Shown here in pieces: positions 41,869-57,302 of a stretch of 64,000 nucleotides of DNA (position 1 is its first letter; each line of letters begins with the position of its first letter). Below the pieces are notes generated by a model. It did no database searches and was not told where the DNA came from. It worked only from the letters and a program-made list of their open reading frames with translations. Both the position numbers and the translations under genes were made by a program. The DNA comes from Eledone cirrhosa (lineage: Eukaryota). The stretch lies in NCBI GenBank assembly GCA_964016885.1, contig OZ024740.1, forward strand, positions 229,152,001-229,216,000, written 5' to 3'.

Positions 41869-41924
41869 ACTGCTATATATATTTCGATGATAGCCATTGA
41901 GTGGCTATGACCTCATCAGGCAGT
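41869..41924 (-). ncRNA. Minimal type I hammerhead (family of 23810)
   Basis: Minus strand: actgc CTGATGA ggtc-atagcca-ctcaa-tggctat-catc GAAA tatata TA gcagt. Confidence 0.8.
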
Positions 41925-42013
41925 TAGTCAGTTCTTAGATATGCCAGCTCTGTGTTTATAGTGTTGATTGTATCAGAGCTTTGGGACATATCCGTCTCTC
42001 TCCTCTCTCTCTC

Positions 42014-42370
<357 letters not shown>

Positions 42371-42985
42371 ATATCATATATATCATATATATATATATAT
42401 ATAAATATCATATGTGTATGTATATATATATATAAATATATTTATATATGTGTGTGTGTTTTTATGTGTGTATATGTGTATGTGTATGTGTGTTTATGGT
42501 TGCGCGCGAGTGTGTGAGTGAGTGTGTTTTTTTGTGAATGTGTCTGTTGATTTTTGGCATATAGTTGATTAGTTTAAGAGAAGTTCGAAGATAATTGTAA
42601 GATATGCACTCAGTATTTTGAATCTGTCTACAGAATTCTCTAAACCTTTGTCACTTAGTAGAACCTTAATGAATTTAGCTTTTAAAGAATCTCCCTTTCC
42701 TTTAATTCTATCTACCATGACTGACCCCCCACTGATCTTTTTGACATCTGTTAGCTTAAGAGAAACTTAATGACAAGGAATGGTATGCCATCCGGAACCT
42801 GTTTATAGAATTCTGTCTGCCTTTGTTACTAAAAACAAAAATTAATAAAAATAAACTATAGCTTTGTAGAATTAGCTTTTAATGAATTCCGTTTCTATCA
42901 ACCAATGACCTACACCCATTCCACTCCCCACCCTCTCCTACCACTTGTAGAGACCTATAAATACCATATTTATTTTTTGATACCC

Positions 42986-43036
42986 AGATTCCTGATGATT
43001 TCTAAAGAATGAAACAGTTCTAGTCCTGTAGAATCT
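42986..43036 (+). ncRNA. Type I hammerhead with a true stem III
   Basis: agattc CTGATGA t-ttc-taaa-gaa-t GAAA cag-ttctagtc-ctg TA gaatct. Confidence 0.78.
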
Positions 43037-43310
43037 CATTTATATTAAAAATATTTATATATATATATATGATATTTTTTATTTGTTTGATCCGAATTAC
43101 TTGATGGTTTTTGGGGGCTATGCGAATGATTGTTTAACCATCGTCTCAGTGTGTTTGGCCTTTAACGTTTGTTATAGCTCTGGTTCATCTGAATCATTGA
43201 GCACTTGCCTCACATCTCGGAGGTTGTTTTTCGTTATTTCGTGGGCCGAAATGCGATTCTCGATAATTTATGTCTGTTTATATATTTATATATATATATT
43301 TATATATATA

Positions 43311-43345
<35 letters not shown>

Positions 43346-43424
43346 GTAAACGGAATAGAAAATGCTGACAAATTGTTCACATTTCTAATGCTTTTCAAAA
43401 ATAATTTTGAGATAGAGCGTCCGT

Positions 43425-43514
<90 letters not shown>

Positions 43515-43617
43515 TCAACCAAGTATTTCCTCCATATGCCCCCGCCGCGTTTCTCTTGTCTTACGTGAGTGTGTCTACGTATTACTGTCTGTGTGTATGT
43601 AGTATATGAGTATGTAT

Positions 43618-43714
<97 letters not shown>

Positions 43715-44175
43715 TGTGCACATATTCACAACTTTCACAATGAAACAAATGAATCTGTTGAAATATTGGTTTATTTGCAAGTTTGGGCATGTTAACTAAC
43801 GTATACATACATACATACATACATACATACATACATACAGAGAGAGAGAGAGAGGGGGGAGGGGGAGAGAGAGGGAGGTAGAGAGAGGGGGTATGGTCAC
43901 ACATACACACACATGCATATGCATACGCGCACACTTAGTATTTACATATATATATATATAATATACATTGTATTTTAGTGTATATATATATATATATATA
44001 TATAGGTAGGTGTGTGTGTGTGTGTGTGTGTATGTGTCAACAGAAAGAAATAACAAAGGATAAATGGACACTCCCCTCTCCTCAGTCGACCTCGGGAGAT
44101 CACTTCCATATATGTATATATATATATATATATACGTTGACACATACTCACACGCACACACACACAAATAATATA

Positions 44176-44207
<32 letters not shown>

Positions 44208-44208
44208 C

Positions 44209-44347
<139 letters not shown>

Positions 44348-44447
44348 CATATATACATATACATATACATATATACATATATATATACATATATACATAT
44401 ATATACATATATACATATATACATATATATATATATACACACATATA

Positions 44448-44515
<68 letters not shown>

Positions 44516-44754
44516 CATATATATATACACATATATATATACATATATATATATATTTATATACACATATATATATACACACACATATATATACATATAT
44601 ACATACACACACACACACATACTTTCATATAATCATATATACATATATAAAGCTATAAAATATGTACTCAAATCTATGTGTGTATATACGGATGTGTATG
44701 TCTGTATGCACTATTTCAAACAATCGTGTTTGTACCCGGCCTGCCCTCTCGGCA

Positions 44755-47700
44755 CACATCACACCACGCCATACACACCACACCACACACTACACACCAC
44801 ACCACGCCACACACCACACACAACACACCACTCACATCACACGACACACTACACACCACACACATCACACGACACACTACACACCACGCCATACACTACA
44901 CACCACGCCATACCACGCCACACACTACACATCACACAACACACTGCACACCACGCCACACACTCACTACACACCACACCACACACTACACACCACACCA
45001 CGCCACACACTACACACCACGCCACACACTCCACACCACACCACACACTACACACGACGCCACACACTACACATCACACCACACATTCCACATCACGCCA
45101 CACACAACACACCACGCCACACACTACACACCACACCAGACCACGCCACACACTACACACCACACCACGCCACACACTCCACACACTACACATCACACCA
45201 CACACTCCACATCACGCCACACACTACACACCACGCAACACACTACATACCACGCCACACACTACATACCACGCCACACCAAACCACACACTACACACCA
45301 CGCCACACACTACACACCACGCCACACACTATACGCCACGCCACACACACTACACACCACGCCACACACTACACATCACACCATACACTACAAACAACGC
45401 CACACACTACACACCACGCCACACACTACACACCACGCCACACACTACACATCACACCACACACTACACACACCACACACTACACATCACGCCACACACT
45501 ACACACCACGCCACACACTACACATCACACCACACACTACACACACCACACACTACACACCACGCCACACACTACACACCACGCCACACACTACACATCA
45601 CACCACACACTACACACCACGCCACACACTACACACCACATCACGCCACACACTACACATCACGCCACACACTACACACCACGCCACACACTACACGCCA
45701 CGCCACACACTACACACACCACACACTACACATCACGCCACACACTACACACCACGCCACACACTACACATCACATCACACACTACACACCACGCCACAC
45801 ACTACACACCACGCCACACACTACACATCACACCACACACTACACACACTATACATTACACCACACACTACACACCACGCCACACACTACACATCACGCC
45901 ACACTACACACCACGCCACACACTACACACACTACACATCACGCCACACACTACACACCACGCCACACACTACACATCACGCCACACTACACACCACGCC
46001 ACACACTACACGCCACGCCACACACTACACACACCACACACTACACATCACGCCACACACTACACAGCACGCCACACACTACACATCACACACACACTAC
46101 ACACCACGCCACACACTACACATCACGCCACACTACACACCACACCACATACTACACACACCACACACTACACATCACGCCACACACTACACACCACGCC
46201 ACACACTACACATCACGCCACACACTACACACACTACACATTACACCACACACTACACACCACGCCACACACTACACACCACGCCACACACTACACATCA
46301 CGCCACACTACACACCACACCACATACTACACACACCACACACTACACATCACGCCACACACTACACACCACGCCACACACTACACATCACGCCACACAC
46401 TACACACATCACACCACACACATCACACGACACACTACACACCACACACATCACACGACACACTACACACCACGCCATACACTACACACCACGCCATACC
46501 ACGCCACACACTACACATCACACAACACACTGCACACCACGCCACACACTCACTACACACCACACCACACACTACACACCACACCACGCCACACACTACA
46601 CACCACGCCACACACTACACACCACACCACACACTACACACCACGCCACACACTACACATCACACCACACATTCCACATCACGCCACACACAACACACCA
46701 CGCCACACACTACACACCACACCAGACCACGCCACACACTACACACCACACCACGCCACACACTCCACACACTACACATCACACCACACACTCCACATCA
46801 CGCCACACACTACACACCACGCAACACACTACATACCACGCCACACACTACATACCACGCCACACCAAACCACACACTACACACCACGCCACACACTACA
46901 CACCACGCCACACACTATACGCCACGCCACACACACTACACACCACGCCACACACTACACATCACACCATACACTACAAACAACGCCACACACTACACAC
47001 CACGCCACACACTACACACCACGCCACACACTACACATCACACCACACACTACACACACCACACACTACACATCACGCCACACACTACACACCACGCCAC
47101 ACACTACACATCACACCACACACTACACACACCACACACTACACACCACGCCACACACTACGCACCACGCCACACACTACACATCACACCACACACTACA
47201 CACCACGCCACACACTACACACCACATCACGCCACACACTACACATCACGCCACACACTACACACCACGCCACACACTACACGCCACGCCACACACTACA
47301 CACACCACACACTACACATCACGCCACACACTACACACCACGCCACACACTACACATCACACCACACACTACACACCACGCCACACACTACACACCACGC
47401 CACACACTACACATCACACCACACACTACACACACTATACATTACACCACACACTACACACCACGCCACACACTACACATCACGCCACACTACACACCAC
47501 GCCACACACTACACACACTATACATTACACCACACACTACACACCACGCCACACACTACACATCACGCCACACTACACACCACGCCACACACTACACGCC
47601 ACGCCACACACTACACACACCACACACTACACATCACGCCACACACTACACAGCACGCCACACACTACACATCACACACACACTACACACCACGCCACAC

Positions 47701-48790
47701 ACTACACATCACGCCACACTACACACCACACCACATACTACACACACCACACACTACACATCACGCCACACACTACACACCACGCCACACACTACACATC
47801 ACGCCACACACTACACACACTACACATTACACCACACACTACACACCACGCCACACACTACACATCACGCCACACACTACACACCACGCCACACACTACA
47901 CATCACGCCACACTACACACCACACCACATACTACACACACCACACACTACACATCACGCCACACACTACACACCATGCCACACACTACACATCACGCCA
48001 CACACTACACACCACGCCACACACTACTATCACGCCACACACTACACACCACGCCACACACTACACATCACGCCACACACTACACACACTACACATTACA
48101 ACACACACTACACACCACGCCACACACTACACATCACGCCACACACTACACACCACGCCACACACTACACATCACACACACACTACACAGCACGCCACAC
48201 ACTACACATCACACACACACTACACACCACGCCACACACTACACATCACGCCACACTACACACCACACCACATACTACACACACCACACACTACACATCA
48301 CGCCACACACTACACACCACGCCACACACTACACATCACGCCACACACTACACACCACGCCACACGCTACACATCACGCCACACACTACACACACTACAC
48401 ATTACACCACACACTACACACCACGCCACACACTACACATCACGCCACACACTACACACCACGCCACACACTACACATCACACACACACTACACACCACG
48501 CCACACACTACACATCACGCCACACACTACACACACTACACATTACACCACACACTACACACCACGCCACACACTACACATCACGCCACACACTACACAC
48601 CACGCCACACACTACACGCCACGCCACACACTACACATCACGCCATACACTACACACCACGCCACACACTACACATCACACACACACTACACACCACGCC
48701 ACACACTACACATCACGCCACACACTACACACCACGCCACACACTACACGCCACGCCACACACTACACGCCACGCCACACACTACACACC
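44755..48790. repeat. CA-rich 19-bp-unit satellite with a 1586-bp higher-order duplication
   Basis: cacgccacacactacacac units; rare variant ccaga at 45136 and 46722. Confidence 0.9.
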
Positions 48791-48859
48791 ATCGTATCCA
48801 ACATGCCACATCACCACACACCACACCAGACACATCATAGCAGTAAACATCACACACTA

Positions 48860-49142
48860 AAAGTCTAAAGTCTGTCTTAAGCCAGAAGGATCATTTGGGC
48901 AGTGCTTATCCCGGTTTCATGGCGAGAAGCGACTGAGAGTACAAGACTTCCCCCTGGACAGGACGCCAGTCCATCGCAGGGTTAAACCTCCAGCTATTGC
49001 TGGTACTCATTTTCAGCTGAGTATACAGGAGCAACGTGAATTGAAGTGTTTTGCTCAAGAACGCAACCCACAGCCCAGGAATCGAACCCACGACATTAGG
49101 ATCGTAACCCAACACCTTTACCACTAGGCCATGTGCCTCCAC
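48860..49142 (-). mobile_element. tRNA-derived SINE with a Meta/V-like central domain and 15-bp TSD
   Basis: Minus strand tggcctagtgg and ggttcgattcc boxes; ccctgcgatggactggcgtcctgtccagggg..gtcgcttc..gaaaccgggataagc; TSD aaacatcacacacta at 48845 and 49143. Confidence 0.88.
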
Positions 49143-50098
49143 AAACATCACACACTACACACAACAAATCACACCACACATTATACCACACCACATCAAA
49201 CATTACACACCATACTACATACGCCACACCACACAACACGCTACATAAATACATCCCACCATACGCTACACACCACACACCGCACAACATGCCACACATC
49301 CCACACACACTACACATTACTCAACAGGCCGCAACACATCCCACCATACGTTACACACCACACCACACACACACCACACACCAAACAACATGCCACACCG
49401 CATACCATACACCACACACACACACATTACACATTACTCAACAAGCCGCAACACATCCCACCATACGTTACACACCATACACACACAGCACACACCACAC
49501 TACACATTACTCAACAAGCCGCAACACATCCCACCATACGTTATACACCACACACACACACCACACACCACACAACATATCACACCGCATCCCACACACC
49601 ACACACACACACTACACATTACTCAACAAGCCGCAACACATCCCACCATACGTTACACACCACACACACACACCACACACCACACAACATGCCACACCAC
49701 ACACACACACCACACACACACTACACGTTACTCAACAAGCCGCAACACATCCCACCATACGTTACACACCACACCACACACACACACCACACACCACACA
49801 ACATGCCACACCGCATCCCACACACCACACACACACTACACATTACTCAACAAGCCGCAACACATCCCACCATACGTTACACACCACACCACACACACAC
49901 ACCACACACCACACAACATGCCACACACCACACACACACTACACATTACTCAACAAGCCGCAACACATCCCACCATACGTTACACACCACACACACACAC
50001 CACACACCACACAACATGCCACACCGCATCCCACACACCACACACACACTACACATTACTCAACAAGCCGCAACACATCCCACCATACGTTACACACG
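49143..50098. repeat. CA-rich minisatellite (cacattactcaacaagccgcaacacatcccaccatacgtta core)
   Basis: Several copies with variable CA spacers. Confidence 0.88.
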
Positions 50099-50099
50099 A

Positions 50100-50703
50100 C
50101 ATATACTCTCAGTCCCGCCCTCAGTCATTCATACTTTGTATTATGTATAAATACTAAACATCTATTACTTTTGCCTACCTACTATTCTGTTCTATATGTA
50201 TGTTATCTCTTTCTCTTAATTTCGAGTATATTTTTGACCGGCCACCTTCCTGGTGGCAAGGTTGTAAAAGAAAAGAAATTGTCATCCCTTGAATCGCAAG
50301 AATGTTTTGCAAATTTTGAAGGTGCCAGCTATCGCAGCCATTTGTAGACCATGAATTAGGGAGCTGCGCTCTTTGTCCGCAAATCCAAGTTCAGTCATAG
50401 TTTGGTCCAAGCGGGTTGGTATATAACCCGTTGCTCCAATAATGATGGGTATGAAGCTAAAGGTGTATCTTGGATACTGGATTTGTAAATTCCTCATCAA
50501 TGGTCCGTAGATGTCCTCTTTCTCCTGTATTTTTCTGACAACGTTTACATCAAGTGGGCAGCTGATCTCCACAACAGAACACGTTTTCAATGTGTGGTCC
50601 CAAACAACAATATCAGGCCGGTTGTGCTTTAATTTGGTGGCAGTTTTTATTTTCAGGTTCCACCAGTATTCCTTAGTGCCATCTGTCTCAATATATTCTT
50701 CCT
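50100..50703 (-). mobile_element. 5'-truncated R4/Dong-type non-LTR element: restriction-like endonuclease plus 3' UTR
   Basis: WWNLKIKTATKLKHNRPDIVV..VEISCPLD..KIQEKEDIY..IPIIIGATG; open to stop at 50282; junction at (CATA)n; 3' boundary approximate. Confidence 0.85.
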
Positions 50704-51140
50704 GTATGTATGAATGTATGTATGTATGTATGTATGTATGTATGTATGTATGTATGTATGTATGTATGTATGTATGTATGTATGTATGTATGTATGTATG
50801 AATGTTCTTCTGGTTTTATAATTTCACAAAGTTTTCCCAATAGAGAGAGAGTCGGTTTCTAACATAGACACAAAACTCTCTCATTGGAATTTACACAACA
50901 TCAACTAGGTAGATATGTATGCATGCATGTGCAGATATGGATGTTATTGTATGTGGATGTTTTGACTTGTATGTGTGCATGTGTATAAGCTTTGCATCTG
51001 TACATGTGTATATGCAGTTATTAGATGCAACATTTTTGGAATGTTTTATATATTTTTACTGTTCCATTAATGGATTGTACTTGTAATTGTATGTATGTAT
51101 GTATGTATGTATGTATGTATGTATGTATGTATGTATGTAT

Positions 51141-51728
51141 GTGCTACTGGTAACATGTAACCCAGTACAACCTGTCGCATGGTCCGGTCGTCGGCGACTA
51201 AACCGTCAACTCCACCAAGTATACTCGGTGAGGAGGGTGATTTTGGACACCCTGCAGAACAAAAAACAAAACCTGACAAATGGCGGAAGAACTCATGAGT
51301 CCAAAAATGTATAAATATATATATACATATGTATATATGTGTATATATATGTATATACATGTATGCATGTGTATGTATATGCGCGGGGACATAGAAATAA
51401 TCGGGCTGGATACCCGATCGCGCGGTTAAACCACAGGGAGTGAAGGACCCTAGCCTTTGTCAGGGCATTCTTCTAGGAGAAAGCAACTCAGGAAACTGGG
51501 ATAACTCCGACATAAAACCTGCGGCTCAGTAGTTACCGATGATGTTGATCTTTTCTTCTTTTCGGGTTATAGCTACTGTCGTTCAGAGAGTGGGATTGGC
51601 TCAGTGCACAGTCTTTCTTCACTTTAAAAAATCTTCACGTACAGGCATTGCACGATAGAATTAATTAATAATTATTAATAATGGTATATCGTGCAATGGC
51701 CATACTCGAGAACGAGGGGGCAGCCATC
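51141..51728 (+). mobile_element. Diverged relative of the (TATG)n-flanked retroposon
   Basis: gtgctactggtaacatgtaacccagtacaacctg 5' part; ctagcctttgtcagggc..ctaggaga; 3' atggccatactcgagaacgagggggcagccat. Confidence 0.7.
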
Positions 51729-51805
51729 ATGTATGTATGTATGTATGTATGAATGTATGTATGTATGTATGTATGTATGTATGTATGTATGTATGTATGT
51801 ATGTA

Positions 51806-51844
<39 letters not shown>

Positions 51845-52112
51845 GTATGTATGTGTGCGTATGTATGTATGCATGTGTGTGTATGTATCTATGTATGTAT
51901 GTATTTATGTATGTATATCTGTTAGTATGTATTTATCTATGTATGTTAGTATTATGTATGTATATATGTTAGTATGTACATATGTATGTATGTTAGTATG
52001 CACGTATGTATATATGTATTTATGTATGTCAGTATGTACCTATGTATGTATGTATGTATGTATTCGTAAAACCAAAAATAAACTCCTGACGATATAACGG
52101 TTTAGCTCGAAT

Positions 52113-52172
<60 letters not shown>

Positions 52173-52344
52173 TGTACTTCTGAAAAATGGCGGTGATACA
52201 CAAATGATGACATGTGAAGACCTGACCAGTTGTAAACTTATAGTCACAAGTCTGTACACCAGGCGGCTTGAGCTTACTTTGCTTCACTCGAGCAAGAATA
52301 AGAAATAAACAAAATGTAAAAAAAAATACACGAGAGATCGAGTG

Positions 52345-54590
52345 AAACTCAATTTGGGAACCCTCCTGGACAGAAACACGCCTGGGCGTCTGGGCGTCCG
52401 AAGCGTAGATCTGCACTTCTGACAAAAGAACTCAAATTTATCTGAAACACGTTTGGCGGGAGAAGATCAATTAACAGAAATATCATCAGGCTTCTCTCGT
52501 TTTGGGGTAGGTAAACCCATAGTTGAACTGAGAGAGGGCAGTGTTGGCTTTGAAATTAGAATAACCCTGCTTGATCATATGGAATGTCCTACTGGTGTAA
52601 CCGATCTCATTATGAAGCTTCGTAATCCTCTGACACATGGCCGTTTTGTAACACTCTTATCTCTCTGTGCGCCAACCCTACAGGCTAGTGAGGTGGTCCT
52701 TGATTCTTTCTATGAGTCTCTTCGTGCAGTCATTGCATCCACACCTGCTGACGATAAATTATTACGTCTCGGTGATTTTAATGCTCGTGTGGATAGTGAT
52801 CACGAGACGTGGAGTGCACTCGGTTCATTCGGTATTGGTAAAATGAACACCAGTGGCCTGAGGTTGCCTGAACTCTGCTCAGAACTTAACGTAACCATCA
52901 GCAACACTTTTTTCCGCCAGAAGCTCAAATATAAAGCTACCTGGTATCATCCAAGATCCAAGCATGGACACATGATTGATTTCATCATCACTCGTAAACG
53001 AGACCTAAGTAATGTGTGTACAGCGCGTGTGTTGCGTAGTGCAGAATGTGATACTGATCACAAATTAGTGCGAGGAGAGTTCAAGTTACCTTCAATGGTC
53101 AACTATCTGGGGATATCCCAATTGACAACGAGGTAAAGCAAGGTGATATTCCTGCTCCTACGCTTTTCTCCATCTTCTTTACTGCCTTGATCACACATAC
53201 TTTCCATGATTGTGACAAAGACATTCTCTTGCGGTTCAGAACTACCGGAAAGGTTTTCAACTTGAGAAGGTTTAATGCCAAAACAAGAACTTTTCAAGCT
53301 TTGATCAGAGACCTTATTTACGCCGACGACGCTGAATTCCTAGCACACACAGAAGCTGACGTGCAGCACATTATGGACCATTTCTTATCCTCCTGTACAA
53401 CATTTTGGCTTACGGTCAGCCTTAAAAAGACCAAAGTAATGTTTTCCCTGCTCCTGGAGAACCATATACTAAACCAAATATCATGGTTGATAGAACCAGG
53501 TTGGGAGTAGTAGATAAATTTGTCTACTTGGGTAGAACACTGTTAAATGATAGCACCTTGGATCCTGAAATACATCTGCGTATCCAGAAGGCCTCTGTTG
53601 CCCTCAGAAAATAGGAAAAGAGAGATTGAGCTAATCGCAATATTACCAACAATATCAATGTGTGTGTATAGGTCATGTGTTCTGTCTGCTCTTTTATACT
53701 CCTCCGAAACTTGGATGTTATTCCGTAAACATATCAAATTACTTGAACGTTTTCAGCAGAAATGTCTAAGGCGCATAATCAATATCAAGTGGCAAGACAG
53801 AACTCCTGACATAGATTTCCTTGTCAAAGCGGGATGTCCAAGCATTAAGTCTCAAGTAACATCTTCTCAAATGCACTGTACAGGACACATCGTCCGTATG
53901 AAAGAAAGCAGGATCCCCAAAGCAACTATTTTACGGTGAGCTCCATCTTGGAAAAAGGCCTCAACACAAACAGAAAATGAGGTACAAGGACAGCATCAAG
54001 AACAACCTCAAAGAGATGGTATTTCATATAGACAACTAGGAGGAGATAACTCTAAATAGGGCTGAGTGGAGAAAGCGCATAAAGGGCAGTTGCAAACCTT
54101 CTGAAGAATGTCGCCTAGAACATAAGCAACTGAAGCGTCATATCCGGAAGGGTTATACTCATAGTCGTGATGAAGAAATCAGTAGTTGGACATGCAAATT
54201 CTGTCAACGTGTACTCCTCTCAAAAGCTGGTTACGTTAATCACCTGAAGCCACATGAAAGAACAAACACCCTCAATAAACACCTTGTGAAACAACGTGCG
54301 TGATATGCAACAAAGTGTGTACAACTGGTTCCGGACTAGAAAAACACATGGTAGTGCCTAACGATTGTATCCCATAAAATGACCTCACCAATCCTGTAGA
54401 AATCACAACTCTCTTCTGTCACCTGTGTCGTAAACTATTCACATCTGCAGCTGATCTAAAACGTTATCTACGAAGTCATAAACGTGGAGGGGATGACAAT
54501 GAAGAACCAATAATAGACGGTAATCGTCTGTGTATGTATGTATGTATGTATGTATGTATGTATGTATGTATGTATGTATGTATGTATGTA
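52345..54590 (+). mobile_element. Decayed RTE/BovB-like LINE (APE, partial RT, three C2H2 fingers, (TATG)n tail)
   Basis: LGDFNARV, TWYHPRSKHGHMIDFII and DTDH; deletion ~53090; KQGDIPAPTLFSIFF, LIYADDA, KFVYLG, LLYSSETW; C-terminal CxxC motifs. Confidence 0.9.
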
Positions 54591-54646
54591 TGTGTATACG
54601 TGTGTACAATTGTTTGTATATATATATGTGTATGTTGGTATGTATT

Positions 54647-54696
<50 letters not shown>

Positions 54697-54754
54697 TATA
54701 CATACATATACATAATATATACACACAGACACACACATATATATATATATATAT

Positions 54755-54860
54755 AAATACAAGTTAATATAAATTAATATATGATAAACACAAAAGTGTT
54801 TGTATTGCAATACAAACACTTTTGTGTTTATCATATATTAATTTATATTAACTTGTATTT
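54755..54860. repeat. Perfect 106-bp palindrome next to (TA)n
   Basis: Centre at 54807/54808 (ttg|caa). Confidence 0.88.
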
Positions 54861-54934
54861 CTCTGCTCAGAAATGCTTCTTTCTTTGAGCTAATTAATTG
54901 TAAAGGACTGTTTGAGTTTATAACTCTGAATGTA

Positions 54935-55009
<75 letters not shown>

Positions 55010-55013
<4 letters not shown>

Positions 55014-55087
55014 CCCACTCTACTACCCTAAGTATTGAGTACTTTGGTGCGTTATGGTCCACCTGGTTCCTTACCACATTTCCTTCG

Positions 55088-55090
<3 letters not shown>
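55010..55090 (+). mobile_element. 80-bp 3' end of the 12146/63770 family inside (TA)n
   Basis: ttacccactctactacc...ccacatttccttcgtta. Confidence 0.8.
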
Positions 55091-55154
<64 letters not shown>

Positions 55155-55499
55155 GCCTATTTGTTTCTACGTCGTTATGTGTTGGTATTCCAGCAATTGG
55201 ATTACGAATTGTAATTAAGACACAGTAGAAAGTAAAATACGATTTATTGACGTTAGTGGTATGTATTTATCACACTGGTTAGTTAATTCTCGAATGACTT
55301 TCTGTCGGCTCTATTAACTAATTGACCTCAAAAACTCGTATCCGTTCGTTTGGTTGCTAACAGGAGGCGAAGAGGTCTCTCTTCTAATGGTCAATATCGC
55401 CCGTTTCATTGAAATACGATGCGTTTGATGTTCGGTCACTAATGAAGCCACTATCAATCTTAATGCTGGCTAGCTTTATCGATTTGTCTGTGTTAGATG

Positions 55500-55689
55500 T
55501 GAGCCTGCATGTCTGTCTATGTGAGTGTGTGTTTGTAAAGAGTGGGCGTGTGTGGTTATATGTATGAGAGTGTATGTGAGTGTGTGTTTGTGTACGTGTG
55601 TGTATGTGAGAGTGTATACGTGTGTGAGTGTGTATGTGTGTGTGTGCCTGTATGTGTGTGTGTGTGTGTCTGTATGGTATGTGTGTGCC

Positions 55690-55720
<31 letters not shown>

Positions 55721-55827
55721 CTGTATGACTGTATGAGTGTATGTGTATGTGAGTGTGTGTTTGTGTATGTGTGTGTATGTGAGAGTGTATACGTGTGTGA
55801 GTGTGTATTGCGTGTGTTTGTGAGAGC

Positions 55828-55859
<32 letters not shown>

Positions 55860-55959
55860 CTGTATGAGAGTATGAGTGTATGTGTATGTGAGTGTGTGTT
55901 TGTGTAGGTGTGTGTATGTGAGAGTGTGTGAGTGTGTATGTGCGTGTGTTTGTGAGAGC

Positions 55960-55993
<34 letters not shown>

Positions 55994-57263
55994 CTGTATG
56001 AGAGTATGAGTGTATGTGCGTGTGTTTGTGTGTGCCTGTATGTGTGTGTGTGTGTGCTGTATGAGAGTATGAGTGTATGTGTATGTGAGTGTGTGTTTGT
56101 GTACGTGTGTGTATGTGAGAGTGTATTCGTGTGTGAGTGTGTATGTGTGTATGTTTGTATGTGTGTGTGTGTTTGTGAGAGTGTATGTGTGTGTGTGCCT
56201 GTATGACTGTATGAGTGTATGTGTATGTGAGTGTGTGTTTGTGTAGGTGTGTGTATGTGAGAGTGTATTCGTATGTGTGTTTGTGAGAGTGGACGTGTGT
56301 GTGCTTGTATGGGAGGGAGAATGAGAGTGTGTTTGTGTACGTGTGTATGCGTGTGTGTTTACGATAGTGTACGTGTGTGTACATGTATGGGAGTATGAGC
56401 GTGTGTGTGTATGTATGTGAGAGTGCGTGGTTTTGTACGTGCGTGCCTGTATGTCTGTCTGTGTGTGTGTATGTGTATGTTTGTGTGTATGTGAGAATCT
56501 GTGCTTTTGTACGTGTGTGTCTGTCCGTGCATGTGTGTGTATGTAGAGGTGCGCCTGTATATCTGTGTATGTGTCTGTATGTGTGTGTATGAGTGAGTGT
56601 CTGTCAGCGTATGTGCATGTGTGTGTGCATGTGTGTGTATATGTATCTATGCATTTGTATGTGAATGTGTGTAGAGGTATGTTTGTGAGAGTGCACAAGT
56701 GTGTGTCTCTATGTGTGTATAAGTGCGTGTATGTGTGTGTATATTTTGTGCACGTATGTGTATGCGTGTGTCTGTCTATGTTTGAGCGTAATTATGTGTG
56801 TATATGAATATGTGTAGAGGTATGTATGTCTGCGTATGTGCTTGTGTGTGTGTGTGTTTGTGTTTACATACGTGAATATCTATGGGCGTAATCATCTGTA
56901 TTAATCCGTGTGTGAGTGTGTGTGTGAGTATGTGTGTGTGTGTACGTTTCAACGTGATTATGTGTTTCTTTTCAAATGTGTGTAGAGATATCTCCCTGTG
57001 TGTGTGTGTGTGTACGTATATTTGTCCGTGATTATGTGTCGGTGGATTGGCAGTATCGGTAGAGGGTCGGACGCCATGCTTTCCAGCATAGAGTTACGGC
57101 CCTTGCCATTCTGAGTTCAAATCCCGCCGAAGTTAACTTTGCCTTTCATCCTTACGGGGTCGATAAAATAAAGTACCAGTAATGTACTGGGGTAATTGCT
57201 GGCCTTGTGCCAATAGTAGAAACAATTATGTGTGTATGGGAATATGTGTAAAGACGTGTCTGG

Positions 57264-57302
<39 letters not shown>

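Noticed and set aside
42560-42960. Decayed PLE endonuclease upstream of the HHR at 42986
   Set aside because: Only a CKIC motif; too degenerate to call
48860-49142. tRNA gene
   Set aside because: A/B boxes continue into a SINE body bounded by a TSD; same for 20390 and 60058
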